From positions 11,798-75,797 of the forward strand of contig JBEPZX010000007.1 of NCBI GenBank assembly GCA_041640635.1: a DNA stretch of 64,000 nt, written 5' to 3'. The stretch is from Aquificaceae bacterium (GTDB lineage: Bacteria > Aquificota > Aquificia > Aquificales > Aquificaceae). Below the pieces are notes generated by a model. That model saw only the letters and a list, made by a program, of their open reading frames with translations. It was not told the DNA's origin and did no database searches. Below, one piece after another: positions 19,445-29,017 of the stretch. The stretch's first letter is position 1. Each line of letters begins with the position of its first letter. A program made the position numbers and the translations under genes.

Positions 19445-20289
19445 CCTACTCTTATAAAACTTCTCTTTTTCAATTTTTCCAATAGATCTTTTCTTGCAGA
19501 TTCAAGCTTCCTCTGAAGTAACTCTTCCTTTAGAATTTCCGTGTTTACGCCTTCTAAAACTTCTTTTTGCCCCAATATTTGTGCAATGTAGATATGATTC
19601 TCATCTTCCGCAAATACAATCTCTCCCTTACCAGCTTTCCATACCTCTCTGTCTAATGCATCTATTAGCTCACCTTTTCCTACTTCTAAATGTTCCATCT
19701 TAATTCCTAGGCTTTGTGCTATTTTGTCCACATCCTTCTCTTTTTCCACCAACTGGGAGAGTTTTTGAGAGTCCTTTTTATCAACCACTAGTAGCTTTAT
19801 CTCCTTTACGAATTTCAAGTTGCCTCTCTTTAGTTTCTCTATCTCAGTTTCTATATCAGAAACCCTTATTTCCTTGAGTAAAAGAATGTCTAAAGCTTGC
19901 GTGGAGAGTATGAGTTTTCTTAAAAAATTTTTCAAATCCTGGGCACTTATGTTTTGTTTATGCAAATCTTCTATTAACTTATCTAAGCTTTTATTGTTTG
20001 CCTTTGCTATATCAAGAAGCATATTATCCACGTATTCGTCGCTTACGTAGGCACCTTTGCTTTCTACATACTGCGATAAAATCCAAGTATCTATAAGTCG
20101 TTGTACAACCGCTTTTTCATCGTCAGTATTGTAAAAGGACATACCGATAATTACGTCTGTCATTAGTATAGGTTCTCCATTTACCGAAGCCACTACCTTG
20201 TCTAGTAGAACTTGTGAGAAAGAGCTGTATAACGTTGCTAGAAAGAGTATAATTCCAATTGATAGTTTCTTAAGACTCTCTGAAACCAT
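19441..20289 (-). CDS. SurA N-terminal-domain-like periplasmic chaperone
   Basis: Signal peptide followed by [17 protein letters not shown] (SurA_N-like). No obvious parvulin domain. Confidence 0.5.
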   Translation of the reverse strand: MVSESLKKLSIGIILFLATLYSSFSQVLLDKVVASVNGEPILMTDVIIGMSFYNTDDEKAVVQRLIDTWILSQYVESKGAYVSDEYVDNMLLDIAKANNKSLDKLIEDLHKQNISAQDLKNFLRKLILSTQALDILLLKEIRVSDIETEIEKLKRGNLKFVKEIKLLVVDKKDSQKLSQLVEKEKDVDKIAQSLGIKMEHLEVGKGELIDALDREVWKAGKGEIVFAEDENHIYIAQILGQKEVLEGVNTEILKEELLQRKLESARKDLLEKLKKRSFIRVG

Positions 20290-21056
20290 TGTGTAAACAC
20301 CTCCTGTCTTTTCTCCTTTAGAAGTTTTTCTCTAACTAAAGGTTTAGCTTCATCCAATGGGATTATACCACTACCTCTCTTGTTTATAACTTTTAATATA
20401 AGATATCCTGATCCGGTATCTATTGGCTTAGATACTTTTCCAATATCGTAAGGATGAAGCTGATTTCTTATGATCTCTGGAAGGGTCTGTATAGAGTACC
20501 ACATGGGCGCACCTTCTCTATAATTGGCATTAGTAGGTAATCTGTTATTTATTAATGCGCTGTAAACCTCATTTGCGTTGTCTAAATCGTCAGTAAATAT
20601 TCTTTGAAGTAATACTTGTGATGGTCTTTTGAAGTCTCTCAAATTTAAGTAATAATAAGCAACGATTTGTTCATCGTTAACTACAATGTTTTTCGCTATT
20701 CTGTCTACTATTTTCTGAGATAGTAATTCTGATCTGACCATGTAAGTTACAATAGGGCTTAAGTTACGTCTACCTATTGTTCTATCTACATACTCCTGAA
20801 GCTCTGATTCAGATACAGAAATATTCATACTTTTTGCTTCTCTCTCTATTATCCTTGCACGTATGTATTCAAGCAAAAAATTTCTCATATCTTCTTTGGT
20901 AGCTTGGGTTATAGGTAAATGGACAATTTCACGCCAGTATGTACTAAAGTAACTTTGAAATTGATCTTTAGTTATAACTTCTTTGTTTATCTTGGCTACA
21001 ACTTGACCATAGCATAGATTCACAAAGAAAAAAAATAAGATGGATAAGAATACCAT
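20238..21056 (-). CDS. Peptidyl-prolyl cis-trans isomerase, parvulin (PpiC/SurA/PrsA-like)
   Basis: Signal peptide; the C-terminal SGYLILKV resembles the parvulin GYHIIKV motif. Confidence 0.55.
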   Translation of the reverse strand: MVFLSILFFFFVNLCYGQVVAKINKEVITKDQFQSYFSTYWREIVHLPITQATKEDMRNFLLEYIRARIIEREAKSMNISVSESELQEYVDRTIGRRNLSPIVTYMVRSELLSQKIVDRIAKNIVVNDEQIVAYYYLNLRDFKRPSQVLLQRIFTDDLDNANEVYSALINNRLPTNANYREGAPMWYSIQTLPEIIRNQLHPYDIGKVSKPIDTGSGYLILKVINKRGSGIIPLDEAKPLVREKLLKEKRQEVFTQWFQRVLRNYQLELYSF

Positions 21057-21084
21057 AACAGAAAAATAATACCATAAATATTAT

Positions 21085-21157
21085 GGCCCAGGGCGGAATC
21101 GAACCGCCGACACCACGGTTTTCAGCCGTGTGCTCTACCAACTGAGCTACCGGGCCT
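21085..21157 (-). tRNA. tRNA-Phe (anticodon GAA)
   Basis: Reverse complement GGCCCGGTAGCTCAGTTGGTAGAGCACACGGCTGAAAACCGTGGTGTCGGCGGTTCGATTCCGCCCTGGGCCA folds as a cloverleaf with anticodon loop CUGAAAA. No encoded CCA. Confidence 0.9.
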
Positions 21158-21168
21158 TACTATATCTA

Positions 21169-22515
21169 TTATAACCAATTGTTTACTTCTTCCAAGAGGT
21201 TATTTGGCACATAGAAGTTATCTCTTACTTGACCGTTTCCAAGCGCAACGAACTTTTGTATGGTGAGTTCTTCCAAAGCCATAGGACCTCTTGCGTGTAT
21301 CTTGTCGGTAGATATTCCCATTTCTGCACCTAGCCCAAATTCGTTACCATCCGTAAATCTTGTAGAAGCGTTGACGTAAACAGCTGCAGAATCGACGAGT
21401 TTTAAAAATTTCATTGCTTTTGTGTAATTTTCTGTTACTATGGCATCTGAGTGTTTCGAACCGTACCTTTCTATGAACTCTATAGCTTCATTCAAACTGT
21501 CCACCGTCTTTACAGCCAAAATTAAGTCCAAAAATTCTTCGTAGTAATCTTCTTCCGTAGCTAGACGTGCTTGTATGAAACTTAGTCTACTATCCTGCTT
21601 TATAACTTCCAAACTGCTTTCGTCACATCTAAGCTCAACACCCGCTTTTCCAAGCACATAAGCTATCTTCTTCCACAAATCATTAAGATGCTTTCTGTGT
21701 ATTATTAGGTTTTCTACAGCGTTGCACACAGATGGTCTTTGAACCTTTGCGTTGTAAACTATGTGAATAGTTTTCATAGGATCGGCTTCGTCATCAACGT
21801 ATATATTACAAACTCCTTTGTAGTGTTTAATGACTGGAATTTTCGCATTCTCTGCAACAGCCTTAATCAAACTCTCTCCACCCCTAGGTATGGCAACATC
21901 CACTTGTCCTTCCATCTTTAAGATTTCCCAAACTATTTCTCTTTCCGGTTTATCTATAAACTGTATTGCCTCTTCCGGAAATCCCTCTTCCTTGCATGCC
22001 TGTCTTAATATGTTTACCAGAGCCTTGTTGGAATTTATGGTTTCTTTCCCGCCTCTTAAGATGACAGCATTGGAAGACTTCATACACAGAGATGCTGCTT
22101 CTATTGTTACGTTGGGTCTCGATTCATAAATGATAAATATGACACCTAGTGGAACTCTCATCCTACCAACTTGTAAACCATTTGGCAAAGTCCACATACG
22201 GGTTATCTCCCCTACAGGATCAGAGAGCTTTGCCACATCTTGTAAAACTTTTGCCATAGACTCTATTCTTTTGTCATTTAATAGTAACCTATCTATCAAA
22301 GCATTTGAAAGTCCCAAGCTTTTTGCATATTCTACGTCTTTAACATTCTCTTCTTTTATGTAGTCTTTATTCTGTATTAAAAGCTCCGATGCTCTAAGAA
22401 GGGTTTTATTTTTTACGTCTGTAGTAATACTCAACAAGTTGGACAAAACACTCCTTGCTTTTTTTACCTTTTCTTGTGCATATTCTAACGGGTTCATAAA
22501 TTTATAATTTATCAC
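21169..22515 (-). CDS. proA: Gamma-glutamyl phosphate reductase (glutamate-5-semialdehyde dehydrogenase)
   Basis: 448-aa ORF with ProA-like ALDH-fold motifs. The true start is probably the internal Met at 22497 (MNPLEY...). Confidence 0.85.
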   Translation of the reverse strand: MINYKFMNPLEYAQEKVKKARSVLSNLLSITTDVKNKTLLRASELLIQNKDYIKEENVKDVEYAKSLGLSNALIDRLLLNDKRIESMAKVLQDVAKLSDPVGEITRMWTLPNGLQVGRMRVPLGVIFIIYESRPNVTIEAASLCMKSSNAVILRGGKETINSNKALVNILRQACKEEGFPEEAIQFIDKPEREIVWEILKMEGQVDVAIPRGGESLIKAVAENAKIPVIKHYKGVCNIYVDDEADPMKTIHIVYNAKVQRPSVCNAVENLIIHRKHLNDLWKKIAYVLGKAGVELRCDESSLEVIKQDSRLSFIQARLATEEDYYEEFLDLILAVKTVDSLNEAIEFIERYGSKHSDAIVTENYTKAMKFLKLVDSAAVYVNASTRFTDGNEFGLGAEMGISTDKIHARGPMALEELTIQKFVALGNGQVRDNFYVPNNLLEEVNNWL

Positions 22516-22584
22516 ATTTTGAATTGTATCTCTTTATTGAAATCGTAGTATAATTTCAAAAAACTTAAAGAGGTGTAAATAGAG

Positions 22585-23427
22585 ATGATGGATGTTCTAT
22601 TTATCGAGAGAGACCCTTATGCACCTATAAGGCATTGTTACCCTGTATCTAAAATACTCTACCAAACAAAAAGTGAGTATCAAGAAATAATGGTAATTGA
22701 GTCTCCTCATTTTGGAAGAGTTTTAGTCCTTGACGGCGTTGCTCAGTGTGATGAAAAGTTCGAGTACATTTATCACGAGTTTATGGCCCATGTTCCACTA
22801 TGTGCTCATCCAAATCCTGAAGATGTGCTGATTATAGGCGGTGGTGATGGTGGTGTGCTTAGAGAAGTTCTCAAACATCCTAGTGTAAAACGTGCAGTTC
22901 TGGTAGATATTGATAAGGAAGTGATTGAAACATCAAAAAAGTTTTTCCCTACTATGTCGGTGGCTTTTGATGACCCAAGGGCAATAATCTTAAACGAAGA
23001 TGGCTATAAATACATTCAGGATTACCAAAATGAGTTCGATGTAATAATAGTAGATTCTACAGACCCTGTCGGCTTTGCTCACGTATTGACAACTGAGGAG
23101 TTTTTTAAGTATGTATTTAGAGCTTTGAAGGAAGACGGTATATACGTGGGTCAAACAGAGTCGCTACACTATCACTTGGAAATAGTAAAAAGAATACAAA
23201 AATCGCTAAAAAAAGTTTTTCCTATAGTTGATCTATACACTGCAGTTATTCCTGGGTATGCAGGCTATTGGTGGACCATGTCCATAGCATCCAAAAAGTA
23301 CAACGTTAGAGAACCAGTTAAAGAGTTGAATGAAAAGACTAAGCTATATAGTTCAGACATGCACAAGCATGCCTTTTTACCAATGAGCTTCTACCAAAAA
23401 ATTCTATCTGATGAATACAATCCATAA
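22585..23427 (+). CDS. speE: Spermidine synthase (polyamine aminopropyltransferase)
   Basis: IIGGGDGGVLREVLKH...VDIDKEV...DVIIVDSTDP. Confidence 0.9.
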   Translation: MMDVLFIERDPYAPIRHCYPVSKILYQTKSEYQEIMVIESPHFGRVLVLDGVAQCDEKFEYIYHEFMAHVPLCAHPNPEDVLIIGGGDGGVLREVLKHPSVKRAVLVDIDKEVIETSKKFFPTMSVAFDDPRAIILNEDGYKYIQDYQNEFDVIIVDSTDPVGFAHVLTTEEFFKYVFRALKEDGIYVGQTESLHYHLEIVKRIQKSLKKVFPIVDLYTAVIPGYAGYWWTMSIASKKYNVREPVKELNEKTKLYSSDMHKHAFLPMSFYQKILSDEYNP

Positions 23428-23433
23428 TAGCTT

Positions 23434-23442
23434 GTGTTATAA
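23434..23442 (+). promoter_or_regulatory. Candidate extended -10 promoter element (TGtTATAAT) upstream of the rplM-rpsI-argC operon
   Basis: TGTTATAAT lies 35 nt upstream of the rplM ATG. An SD (GAAGGAGAGG) follows at 23463-23472. Confidence 0.35.
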
Positions 23443-23476
23443 TTAGAATTTTATGAAAATTTGAAGGAGAGGTAGT

Positions 23477-23911
23477 ATGAAGACATACAGAGTAAGACCT
23501 CAAGATGTAGTAAGAGAGTGGTATTTGGTTGATGCGAAAAATAAAACTTTAGGAAGGTTGGCTTCCGAGATTGCCAAAATTTTAAGAGGTAAGCACAAAC
23601 CATACTATCAGCCAGATGTGGATTGCGGGGATTTTGTAATTGTTATAAATGCAAAGGATGTACGAGTTACGGGCAATAAGCTAGAGGATAAAAAGTACCA
23701 GTTTCATAGTAACTATCCGGGCGGTCTAAAAGAAAAAACTCTTAGGTGGATGTTAGAAAATAAACCAGAGGAGGTTATAACTTTAGCTGTAAAAAGAATG
23801 CTCCCTAAAAATAGATTGGGGCACAGAATGTTGAAAAGGTTGAAAGTTTACAGTGGGAATGAGCATTCTCACCAAGCTCAACAGCCAAAGATTTTGGAGG
23901 TTAAGGCATGA
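23477..23911 (+). CDS. rplM: 50S ribosomal protein L13
   Basis: 144 aa, MKTY...[18 protein letters not shown] is an L13 signature. Confidence 0.95.
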   Translation: MKTYRVRPQDVVREWYLVDAKNKTLGRLASEIAKILRGKHKPYYQPDVDCGDFVIVINAKDVRVTGNKLEDKKYQFHSNYPGGLKEKTLRWMLENKPEEVITLAVKRMLPKNRLGHRMLKRLKVYSGNEHSHQAQQPKILEVKA

Positions 23912-24348
23912 TGGAAACTTTGAAGGATTTCAAAATAGGTTTTGACAATTCTCTCTACGGTACAGGAAGAAGAAAGGAGAGCATAGCTCGTGTATGGTTA
24001 ATAAAAAATACAAGCAAACAAATAGTAAAGCCTAAGGGTAGTGGTAAAGAGTACTCATTAAAGGATTTCGTACAGAGAGAATCCTTATACTATAAAGTTC
24101 TGCATCCTTTGAAACTTACTGGTTTAGAAGGTAAATTTGGAATATACGCCACAGTTGAAGGTGGTGGTATAACGGGTCAAGCTGAGGCTATAATGTACGG
24201 GATAGCAAAAGCACTCCTCAAATACAACCCTGATCTTAGATCCACATTGAAAAAGGCGGGTCTTTTAACCAGAGACGCAAGGGAAAAGGAAAGGAAGAAG
24301 TACGGTCTCATGAAGGCACGTAAAGGTTATAGATGGAGCAAACGCTAA
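23908..24348 (+). CDS. rpsI: 30S ribosomal protein S9
   Basis: 146 aa, ending [20 protein letters not shown] overlap with rplM. Confidence 0.95.
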   Translation: MMETLKDFKIGFDNSLYGTGRRKESIARVWLIKNTSKQIVKPKGSGKEYSLKDFVQRESLYYKVLHPLKLTGLEGKFGIYATVEGGGITGQAEAIMYGIAKALLKYNPDLRSTLKKAGLLTRDAREKERKKYGLMKARKGYRWSKR

Positions 24349-25343
24349 AGGTTTGCGTTTTTGGTTCCACAGGCTACACCGGCATTGAGCTTTTAAGGAT
24401 ATTAAGAAATCACCCATATGTAAAGCTAACGTCCCTCATATCACAAAGCTATAAGGGTAAAAGAGCAAGGGATGTTTTGCCCTTCTTAGATTTAGATTTG
24501 TCTTTCGAAGAAGAACCTAAAGAAGATTTTGATATCGCCTTTTTGTGCCTTCCACACGAAGCATCGCTAGAAATGGTTCCCAAACTGTTAAATCAGGGAA
24601 AACGTGTAATAGATTTATCGGGTGCCTACAGGATAAAAAACCCAAAAGTATACCCAGATTTTTATGGATTTGAACATACACATTTGCAAGAACTACAAAT
24701 GGCAGTGTACGGTCTTACTGAGCTATTTAGAGATGATATGTCAAGCGCCAAACTTGTAGCCAATCCAGGGTGTTACCCTACAGCTACTTTGTTGGGATTA
24801 TATCCAGTGCTTAAGGAGGGCATTCATATAAAAAAAATCTTTGTAGAAGGCATATCTGGTGTATCTGGTGCAGGCAGAAAAACAAACCAGAAGTTTCATT
24901 TCCCAGAGATGACAGAAAACGCATTCGCTTACTCTGTAGAGAAACATAGGCATACACCAGAGATTGAGGATGTAATAAAGAGGGTAAGTGGGAAAGACAT
25001 TTACGTGAGGTTTACACCAAAGGTTGTACCTATGTCTAGAGGTATGATATGCACCATAGTTTTTGAGTGTGAAAAAATAGACTTGTTTGATGTATTTATG
25101 GAAACTTATAGAAAGGAACCTTTTATTAAAGTTGTAAAGGAACCACCTATGACAAAATACTTAGTTGGAACCAATAATTGTCTTTTGTATCCGTACTACG
25201 ATGAAAGGTTGGGAGCAGCTGTCATAATAAGCGTAATAGACAACCTTGGTAAGGGTGCGTCCGCACAGGCTGTGCAAAATATGAACGTAATGTTCCATAT
25301 AGAAGAAAAAACTGCCTTAGAAGATACTCCAGTTTTTCCTTAG
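24333..25343 (+). CDS. argC: N-acetyl-gamma-glutamyl-phosphate reductase
   Basis: VFGSTGYTGIELLRIL...ANPGCYPTA (catalytic Cys). Confidence 0.9.
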   Translation: MEQTLKVCVFGSTGYTGIELLRILRNHPYVKLTSLISQSYKGKRARDVLPFLDLDLSFEEEPKEDFDIAFLCLPHEASLEMVPKLLNQGKRVIDLSGAYRIKNPKVYPDFYGFEHTHLQELQMAVYGLTELFRDDMSSAKLVANPGCYPTATLLGLYPVLKEGIHIKKIFVEGISGVSGAGRKTNQKFHFPEMTENAFAYSVEKHRHTPEIEDVIKRVSGKDIYVRFTPKVVPMSRGMICTIVFECEKIDLFDVFMETYRKEPFIKVVKEPPMTKYLVGTNNCLLYPYYDERLGAAVIISVIDNLGKGASAQAVQNMNVMFHIEEKTALEDTPVFP

Positions 25344-25359
25344 ATATACGTCATACTTT

Positions 25360-26331
25360 TTATATGAACTTCTCTATCAAAAAGTAATACATAGGAATAC
25401 CTATCAATAAATTGAAAGGTAGAGTTATAGCTAAAGGGACAGTTACGTATATGCCGGGGTTAGCTTCGGGTACAGATAGCCTCATTACAGCAGGCACAGC
25501 TGTATAAGAAGCGCTTATACATAGAGAGGTAAACAACAGAGTGTCTCCTTTGGAAAATCCAAGAATTTTGGCAATAATTAAAGCAACAATACCATTGAAA
25601 ATTGAAAAAAGTATCCCAAAAGCCAAAAGAAATTTACCAACCCTTTTGAGATCCCCTATACGTCTAGCAGAAATAATACCTAAATCAAGTAAGAAGAGGG
25701 TAAGTAATCCTCTAAACAGATCATCGTAAAAAGGTTTTATGGTGCGCCATGAATCCTCTTTTAAGATAAAACCCATAAAAAGGGAGCTCAAAAGCAGGAA
25801 TACCGAGGAGTTAAATAATGCTTCTCTTAACACTTTACCCCATTCTCTTTCCGTATTACCGTTTGTAGCAGAAACAAATAAATGTAAAAGTAAAAGAGAT
25901 GATACGATAGCCAATGGTTCCATTATAGCCAAAGAAGCTGCTGTGTAAAGACCATAATTTACTCCTACGTGTTGAAGAAAACTTAGCGCAGCTATAAACG
26001 TTACCACACCTATAGAGCCATAAGAAGCAGCAAGTGCTACAGAGTTGTAAACATCTACAAAAGGCTTAAGAAGAAAAAATCCGTATACAGTAACAACAAC
26101 CGCCATAAAAGCAGATGCTACTAAAAACTTAAAAGCATCCCAAGATAATCCTGTATTAGCTAGCTCGTGCCCACCATGTAAGCCTATGGCTATTAACAAG
26201 TACATTGAAAACAATCTAGGCAATGGTTGGGGTATATCTAAATCTGATTTAAAAAATACAGCTAGCATACCAAACAAGAAGAACAAAATAGGAGGACTTA
26301 GAATGTTTTCGAAGACTAAGAATATGCTCAT
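25360..26331 (-). CDS. DUF897/SbtA-family permease (putative Na+-dependent bicarbonate transporter)
   Basis: 323 aa, ~10 TM helices. SPPILFFLFG...IPQPLP...GLHGG...GSIGVVTFIAAL pattern resembles SbtA. Confidence 0.55.
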   Translation of the reverse strand: MSIFLVFENILSPPILFFLFGMLAVFFKSDLDIPQPLPRLFSMYLLIAIGLHGGHELANTGLSWDAFKFLVASAFMAVVVTVYGFFLLKPFVDVYNSVALAASYGSIGVVTFIAALSFLQHVGVNYGLYTAASLAIMEPLAIVSSLLLLHLFVSATNGNTEREWGKVLREALFNSSVFLLLSSLFMGFILKEDSWRTIKPFYDDLFRGLLTLFLLDLGIISARRIGDLKRVGKFLLAFGILFSIFNGIVALIIAKILGFSKGDTLLFTSLCISASYTAVPAVMRLSVPEANPGIYVTVPLAITLPFNLLIGIPMYYFLIEKFI

Positions 26332-26397
26332 GTATTGAAAATTATATTCAAAAAAGTGTTCATCTTGTATATCAGAAATGTTGGATAGTATAGCTTA

Positions 26398-26769
26398 TTA
26401 TGTTAATTTTTCCAATAGATTGTTTGCTCCATTCAATTTTTGATAGGCTGAGGATATAACATAGTAAAGTTGTTCACCTTCCGCTATACTTAAATCGTAC
26501 AAAGTATTACTTAAATCTTTTAGTGTGCTGTACAAAGTGGAATAGAGAGTCTCGTCTAATTTTTTCTCTGGATTTGGTATCTCTTTATATATACTGAGGA
26601 TATAATCACATATACCTTTTATGGTATTTATTATATTGCTTACTTCCAGATCCTCCTTATACGCGTTTGAGACTTCGTTGTATATCTCCCCTAGTTCTTT
26701 AGCTTGGCTCTTAAAAAGCATATCTTCCAACATATGAACTGTTTTGTCCATGGCTTCACCTCTTATCAT
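26398..26769 (-). CDS. Hypothetical helical protein (123 aa)
   Basis: All-helical composition, no motif recognised. Divergent from the downstream + strand cluster. Confidence 0.4.
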   Translation of the reverse strand: MIRGEAMDKTVHMLEDMLFKSQAKELGEIYNEVSNAYKEDLEVSNIINTIKGICDYILSIYKEIPNPEKKLDETLYSTLYSTLKDLSNTLYDLSIAEGEQLYYVISSAYQKLNGANNLLEKLT

Positions 26770-26869
26770 CTATAATTTCGTCAAGTTTGTTAACTTTTCA
26801 AGAGCATTATTGTTTACTAAACTAATAAGTGGCATACTGTTTACAAAGGAGTAAAATTATTAATATACT

Positions 26870-27778
26870 ATGCTGAAGGGGATTAAAGAAACAGATAAAC
26901 TTCAGAGTATGTTTTTGGAAGTTTTGGATGATCCTTATAAGAAAGAACTGTTTATATACCTAATGTGTTATATACAAATTGTTAGAAGGGAAGGGAACTC
27001 CTTAGTAGAGCTAAGTAGGTACCTTTCGTGCTCATCAAACAGTTTTAAAAAAGATAGACATCACTGGAAAGACTTACTCGTGGAATTAAACATTTTTTAT
27101 GTGATAGATACTTATAATCGAGTTTACATTGGTAAGGATATATATAAAGTAGATGAGTCTGATATAAACCTTATAGGTCTGATAGACAACTACGCAAAGA
27201 ATTTTGAGGATTTTAGTTACAGAGTTACAAAATACTGGAATATTATTAACAAAGCTTACATACATTCTACAAAATTGGACGTGTACAACAGCATATCTTT
27301 GCTATGCTTAATTTTCAATGAGGAGCTCTACGAAGAGGCTATTTTATATGCAGAAAATTGTAGTTATAGGTTTATAAAAGAGAGTGCTTTTTTTGAAGCT
27401 GTTAAACACTTGAGTCTAATGGAAAGCTCAAGTGATAAAGAAGAAAAGATAAGACACGCTAGAAATTCATTGAAGATGCTCGGTCCACTAAAGGACATTT
27501 ATTACGAAGTTAATATAAAGAAACTGATCCAGGATGTTAATGATGCCATAAGAAAGCTCCAAAAAAACAGGGATTACAATAAGCTAAAGATAGAAATGAT
27601 AAATTTAAAAGGTAGGAGAAAAGGAGGACTTCTACAAAAAGTGTTGAGCTGGATAGAAGGAAAGTTAAAGAACCTAAAAGGAGGAAAGAAATGGACTTTG
27701 GACAGCTCAGAGATAGCTTTTTGCAGTTCCATAGATTGCTCTTGGAGAAATCAGACAAGACCCAAGATCCAAACTTAA
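26870..27778 (+). CDS. Hypothetical protein (302 aa), Lys-rich C-terminus
   Basis: First gene of a packed + strand run (302 aa / 68 aa / HD / TgpA). No motif recognised. The 3' end overlaps the next ORF by 88 nt and may be over-extended. Confidence 0.45.
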   Translation: MLKGIKETDKLQSMFLEVLDDPYKKELFIYLMCYIQIVRREGNSLVELSRYLSCSSNSFKKDRHHWKDLLVELNIFYVIDTYNRVYIGKDIYKVDESDINLIGLIDNYAKNFEDFSYRVTKYWNIINKAYIHSTKLDVYNSISLLCLIFNEELYEEAILYAENCSYRFIKESAFFEAVKHLSLMESSSDKEEKIRHARNSLKMLGPLKDIYYEVNIKKLIQDVNDAIRKLQKNRDYNKLKIEMINLKGRRKGGLLQKVLSWIEGKLKNLKGGKKWTLDSSEIAFCSSIDCSWRNQTRPKIQT

Positions 27779-27897
27779 AAAATTTGTATTTGGAAGCTTC
27801 TAGACATTTAAAGGATGCGGTAGCTTCTTTGTACAAGTTTGATCAGTCGATGAAAAAAATTAAAGAGGTTGAGAAAAAAAGCGATATTAATGCATAA
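27691..27897 (+). CDS. Small hypothetical protein (68 aa), translationally coupled to the HD-domain gene
   Basis: Very strong SD (AAAGGAGGAAAGAA) immediately before the ATG. Its stop overlaps the HD gene start (ATGCATAA). Confidence 0.5.
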   Translation: MDFGQLRDSFLQFHRLLLEKSDKTQDPNLKNLYLEASRHLKDAVASLYKFDQSMKKIKEVEKKSDINA

Positions 27898-29017
27898 AGA
27901 TTTTTCAGACCCTATTTACGGTTTTGTTAGAGCTTATGATCATGAACTTAAGTTAATAGACTCTAAAGTATTTCAAAGGTTAAGGTACATAAGACAATTG
28001 GGAATAGCTTACTTAGTTTTTCCGACAGCGCATCACACTCGCTTTGATCATTCCCTGGGAGTGATGGAGCTTTCAGGAAGAATTTATAAAGCTTTAGGTT
28101 TAAAAGATGAGAGAATTTACCAAATAGTAAGATTAGCTGGACTTTTGCACGATATTGGGCACCCTCCTTTTTCTCATACCACCGAGGTACTACTAGGCGA
28201 CAAAAGTCATGAAGAAATAGGCAAACAGGTGTTAGAGAGTGGGGAAGTAAGAGAACAACTAAAAAGGTGTGGTTTTTATGAAGATGAAATAGATTTAATA
28301 GCGCGAATAGCTTTTAAAAAGCCAAAAAATAAAGAAGAAAAGCTGTTAAGTAGTATAGTAACTGGTGAATTTGGTTCTGATAGGATGGATTATATGCGCA
28401 GAGATGCATACTTTTGTGGAACATCTTACGGATTATTTGATGTTGATAGACTTTTAAACCACATGCAGATCATAGAAAATGAAAAAGTAGTAAGTGCAAG
28501 CGCTTTAAGAACCCTGGAGAGCTTCTTTTTAGGCAGGTACTTTATGTATATTCAAGTTTACTTTCATAAAGTTATAAGGATATTGAGTATACACCTCTTG
28601 GAGTTTATAAGGGAAATCTTTGGTGAAGATTATTTTAAAAAGATGGACCTTTATTTTTCCTTTACAGACAGCCATGTGCTGGCTGAAGCCTTTAAATACT
28701 CTGATAATGTAAGTATGAAACGTGTATTCGAGAGAGAACATTTTAGAGAAGTATTTTTTTCCGAAGATACAAAAGTCTTTGAAGATGTAAAGAACCTTTT
28801 ACTTAGTAAGTTTGATAAAGATAAACTCAGATTTGATGTGTGTAGAAAGAGAATAATAGATGAAGATGTCTACGTGCTCAGAGATGATAAACTCTTTTCC
28901 ATAAGAGAAGTTTCTCCCATACTTAAAAATGCAGGAGAGATAGTTTTATGTAGAGTCTATGCAGATAGATCTATACAGCACGAGGTTAAAAAGTGGTTAT
29001 TGAACTTAGGAGTATAA
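27890..29017 (+). CDS. HD-domain phosphohydrolase, dNTP triphosphohydrolase-like (COG1078-type)
   Basis: HHTRFDHSLGV...LLHDIGHPPFSHTTE; about the size of the Thermus-type dNTPases. Start set at MHKDF (27890). Confidence 0.75.
   Translation: MHKDFSDPIYGFVRAYDHELKLIDSKVFQRLRYIRQLGIAYLVFPTAHHTRFDHSLGVMELSGRIYKALGLKDERIYQIVRLAGLLHDIGHPPFSHTTEVLLGDKSHEEIGKQVLESGEVREQLKRCGFYEDEIDLIARIAFKKPKNKEEKLLSSIVTGEFGSDRMDYMRRDAYFCGTSYGLFDVDRLLNHMQIIENEKVVSASALRTLESFFLGRYFMYIQVYFHKVIRILSIHLLEFIREIFGEDYFKKMDLYFSFTDSHVLAEAFKYSDNVSMKRVFEREHFREVFFSEDTKVFEDVKNLLLSKFDKDKLRFDVCRKRIIDEDVYVLRDDKLFSIREVSPILKNAGEIVLCRVYADRSIQHEVKKWLLNLGV

Noticed and set aside
21739-22363. Plus-strand ORFs (60, 99 and 77 aa) inside proA
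   Set aside because: Antisense within a conserved CDS; Ser/Thr/Ile-rich low complexity.
26398-26769. 123-aa ORF next to the SbtA-like permease as a candidate PII-like SbtB
   Set aside because: The sequence is all-helical and lacks the PII T-loop/GxxGxGxx signature. It is also upstream, not downstream, of the permease.
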